This document shows positions 61,021 through 64,000 of a stretch of DNA of 64,000 bases, in pieces (positions within the stretch are counted from its first letter, which is position 1; the number at the start of each line of letters is the position of its first letter). The stretch lies in NCBI GenBank assembly GCA_965603825.1, contig CBFDEM010000051.1:496001-560000 (forward strand), written 5' to 3'. The notes beneath the pieces are model-generated. The model was not told where the DNA came from, ran no database searches, and worked only from the letters and a program-made list of their open reading frames with translations. The position numbers were made by a program, and so were the translations under genes. This DNA comes from Blepharisma stoltei ATCC 30299. Its lineage: Eukaryota; Protista; Ciliophora.

Positions 61021-62043
61021 ATGTTAATTTTTATCCTTTTAGGCTTAACATTTGGGAGCGATATTTGTGATGTTTCTGTCGATGGTGGCATTTGTCTCTA
61101 TGAAGGTGAGTCTGTAATAAAACCACCAGCAAAGCTAAGCTCTCTAACTGGATATTGGACCTTTGACGACAATAAAGGCTTAGACTATTCAGGGTACAAT
61201 AATCATGCAAAATCTTCAGTACCTGCAGGACATTCATCAGGTGGCCGAGGATCTAGCGCAAAATTCTCTGGCTCTGAATATTTTGAGGTTCCAAGTGACG
61301 ACTCTATAAGCGCAAAAATATTTTCAATTACATTTTGGGTCTATTTTGAAAAAGATGATACATCAAAATCTAAAGAAACCTGGTGTCCAATATTACAAAA
61401 AGGAGATGATGACATTGAAAATTTAATATACGAAAGAACACCAGGGATTTTCTGGAATCGAGAAACAAGAGCATTAAAAGTTTATGTCACGACTACTGAA
61501 TCATCCGATTTTCCTGAAGGAGAATACGTAGAATCTAACGCCAGACTTTTGCATCATAGGTGGAATCACATTGCAGTTGTAAGGACACAGTCAAAAATTA
61601 AGCTCTATGTTAATGGAATCCAAGACAATTCAAACTCTACGTCAGGATGGACTAATCCAAATGAGTCACCATTATATATTGGTGGGACACCAGCAACAAT
61701 AGAAAAATGTTTGCTACATTTATTGGTAGACGAAACTAGATATTATGAAAAAGAATTATCTGATATGGAAATAGAAGCAGAAGCAGCTGGAGCTCTAGGA
61801 CAGGTTGAGCCAAGATTTATTAGATTGGGCTGTGTGGACTGCACAGTTTCTACAGCAGAAAGTTCTTGCACAAGTGATTACCACCTTTGCACGTCTATTG
61901 AACTTCATTCTGGAGCTTATAGTGTTGCAAGAATTAATGGCTGGACAGAATTGAATAAAAATGTTTGGTCATATAGCGCACTTGAAACTGACTCAGAAAG
62001 CAATGACCAAGGCTTAGGTTTATGCTGTTTGAATCTTGGCTAA
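61021..62043 (+). CDS. Secreted LamG/concanavalin A-like jelly-roll protein with Cys-rich C-terminal domain, 340 aa
   Basis: Signal peptide; GYWTFDD, FSITFWVY, RWNHIAVV...KLYVNG, PLYIGG; C-terminal CVDC...C...LC...CC. Confidence 0.85.
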   Translation: MLIFILLGLTFGSDICDVSVDGGICLYEGESVIKPPAKLSSLTGYWTFDDNKGLDYSGYNNHAKSSVPAGHSSGGRGSSAKFSGSEYFEVPSDDSISAKIFSITFWVYFEKDDTSKSKETWCPILQKGDDDIENLIYERTPGIFWNRETRALKVYVTTTESSDFPEGEYVESNARLLHHRWNHIAVVRTQSKIKLYVNGIQDNSNSTSGWTNPNESPLYIGGTPATIEKCLLHLLVDETRYYEKELSDMEIEAEAAGALGQVEPRFIRLGCVDCTVSTAESSCTSDYHLCTSIELHSGAYSVARINGWTELNKNVWSYSALETDSESNDQGLGLCCLNLG

Positions 62044-62083
62044 TAATTTTACATAGAATTCTGATTTAAATAACTATAATAAT

Positions 62084-64000
62084 ATGAACTCTCATAGTGA
62101 GCTTAAATTTAACCCACAAGGAGTTATGGGGAGAATGGAATGATTTAGAGATTTAAGAAGAATCTTTAATAAATTTGGAATACAAGAAAACAAAAACTCC
62201 GAAAATGACATAGATTCAATTCAAAAAATTCAATTATTAGAAGAGCTTAATAATCGAGCTCACAAGTTCGAGCTACAATCTCCTTCTGATATTGATGCTA
62301 ATAACTCAACAACATATTTTAGCTTTGAAGAAGTCTTAAACTGTCTAAAATCGTCTGATTCTAAAATTTTGACATGAGACAAAGTCATTGATTTGCTGAT
62401 ATCATTATCAGTCACACTAAAAAGCAAAAAAACCCAGAGAAAACCTGATAAAAGTTACTATAGAAATCCTTCAATAGATATAGAAAATCCTCAGCAAATA
62501 GAAGTAACACCTTATACGATAGATGAACTTTCAAGTATTCTAGATCAAGCAAATGCTCCGCCCAAGCCGTATCATGGATGCTTATCGTTAAAAGATTTAA
62601 GGACCCCTATTAAAAGCTTTAGGGAAACTCCAGATGATAGAATTAATAATACACTTTCTCGATGCTCTAGTTCAATAAAACTCTTGTGCAGTGAAATCGA
62701 AAACTATGAGAAAATAAACTCAGGGAATTCTTATGATTTAAGTTTTCCTGGAAATAAAAGCTCTATTGTCCCAGAAGCAAAATTAAGAAAATATGGGAAT
62801 TCACTATTATATCTAAGTTTGGCTGGGAATTTATTGACTCATACAAAATGGGAGTTTCCTGAATCGCTGATAATTTTGAATTTAGCTTCAAATGAAATCC
62901 AAGAATTTAGTATGTCCAAAAGCTTGCCAAGCCTAAAATTATTGAACTTAAGCAATAATAGAATTAGAACTATTGGAACTTTGCCAAGGATTAAAGAAAT
63001 AATTGAGCTTTATGCAGGCTATAATTGCTTAACTTCAGTAAGTACCTTATGCAAGCTAGAAAAACTTAAAATTTTAGATATCCAGCATAACTCGATATCA
63101 AACTTTGAAGATATTGCGATATTATCAATAAATCCAAAGCTCACAACTATGAATATAAAAGGAAATCCTATAGAATCTCGACTTAATTTTCAAGAGTCAA
63201 TAAAAATAACTCTACCGAAAGTTTACAACTTAAACCCTACAAGTATTTTTGAATTTTCTGAATTTAAAGATTTTGGATATATGCCTTTTATTCCACTCAA
63301 AAAACCTCCAGAGCACTCTAAGCCATATCGTCCAATAGGCCCAGATTCTTCTATAAAAGAGAATTTTTCCATTGAAACTCCTCGGCCATTAACGCCTGTA
63401 AAACCTCAAAGTGTTTCTTATTCCCTCAACAGTTCAAAAATCCAAGAAAGTTTTATAAGTCTATCAGAGAGAACCAAGATTGCAGCTGCCCCTCAAGCTT
63501 CTTTTCGTAGCACAAAGCATGATGAAGAAGAGTTTGAAACCCCTATAAATTTCTCAGAAATTCCTTTTCAAATTCCAACACCTAGGAGTGAAGAATTTCC
63601 ATCAAGGCAAAGATCTCAATCAGTGACTAAAATTTCTATGGCTAATTCAATGAGCCAGATGCCGGCCAATAAATATTTAGTATCACAAGGACACAATACG
63701 GAAATTAATTCAGCCCAACATAATAAAAGTGATGTTGAGAGTTCTTACAATTCAATGCCTCAGGCAAAGACACTTTCTAAACTATTTGAGAGTTCCAGAA
63801 ATAAAAACAAAGAAGATGCATATGAAGAAATGATGAGCTTTATGTCACAAGCTGAAAATAGAATTAAAAAGGAGCCAGAAATAAAAGAAAATTTCATTGA
63901 AAGTGCTATTAATGCAGCATCAGCCCCTATTTTAAAATTCAAAAATGAATATGGGATTAGACCTGTAAAGGTAAACTATGGAAATCCAGAAGCTGCATTA
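62084..64000 (+). CDS. SDS22-like leucine-rich-repeat protein, running off the right edge
   Basis: Open frame with TGA=Trp from ATG 62084; LNLASNEI, LNLSNNRI, LYAGYNCL, LDIQHNSI, MNIKGNPI. Confidence 0.85.

Noticed and set aside
3905-63942. Numerous short antisense or overlapping ORFs in the track (e.g. 3905-4249, 29737-30171, 46813-47256, 57866-58207)
   Set aside because: Shadow frames of well-supported genes with no motifs.
1-64000. CRISPR arrays, transposases, telomeric repeats, rRNA or selenoprotein UGA
   Set aside because: None seen. The TGA codons align with Trp, not Cys/Sec.

Overview
AT-rich, very gene-dense eukaryotic DNA, most likely the macronuclear genome of a Blepharisma-like heterotrich ciliate. 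Two features point to this. First, TGA is read as Trp: it falls at invariant Trp positions in MND1, the STE20 kinase, the WD40 repeats and the channel pore helices, while genes end in TAA or TAG. Second, spliceosomal introns are only 15-16 nt long. The supplied standard-code ORF track therefore breaks real genes into fragments. After re-joining, the window holds about 25 genes and a tRNA-Pro(AGG). Housekeeping genes include MYCBPAP-like, METTL13/EEF1AKMT4-like, dynamin-related, GTPBP1/2, FAM135-like, MND1, ACBP and QCR6. Channels: two tandem CNBD-family K+ channels, three paralogous four-domain Cav/Nav-type channels and a WD40-ankyrin-TRP-like channel. Signalling: a four-CNBD PKG-like pseudokinase, an STE20/MST kinase and a hybrid histidine kinase. 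LamG and LRR proteins lie at the right end. Main highlights: (1) a single 1232-aa polypeptide with signal peptide, 4x DOMON, cytochrome b561, cytochrome b5 and FNR domains, predicted to be a trans-membrane electron wire carrying up to 7 hemes plus FAD, with a decayed copy nearby that lacks the intron; (2) a tandem pair of Zn-finger/coiled-coil genes carrying a Nup98-type GLEBS motif without the rest of Nup98; (3) one channel paralog with an E-A-D-E selectivity ring and a GG-AG 15-mer exactly where its sisters have a GT-AG intron. All family calls come from motif recognition by eye; no database searches were run.
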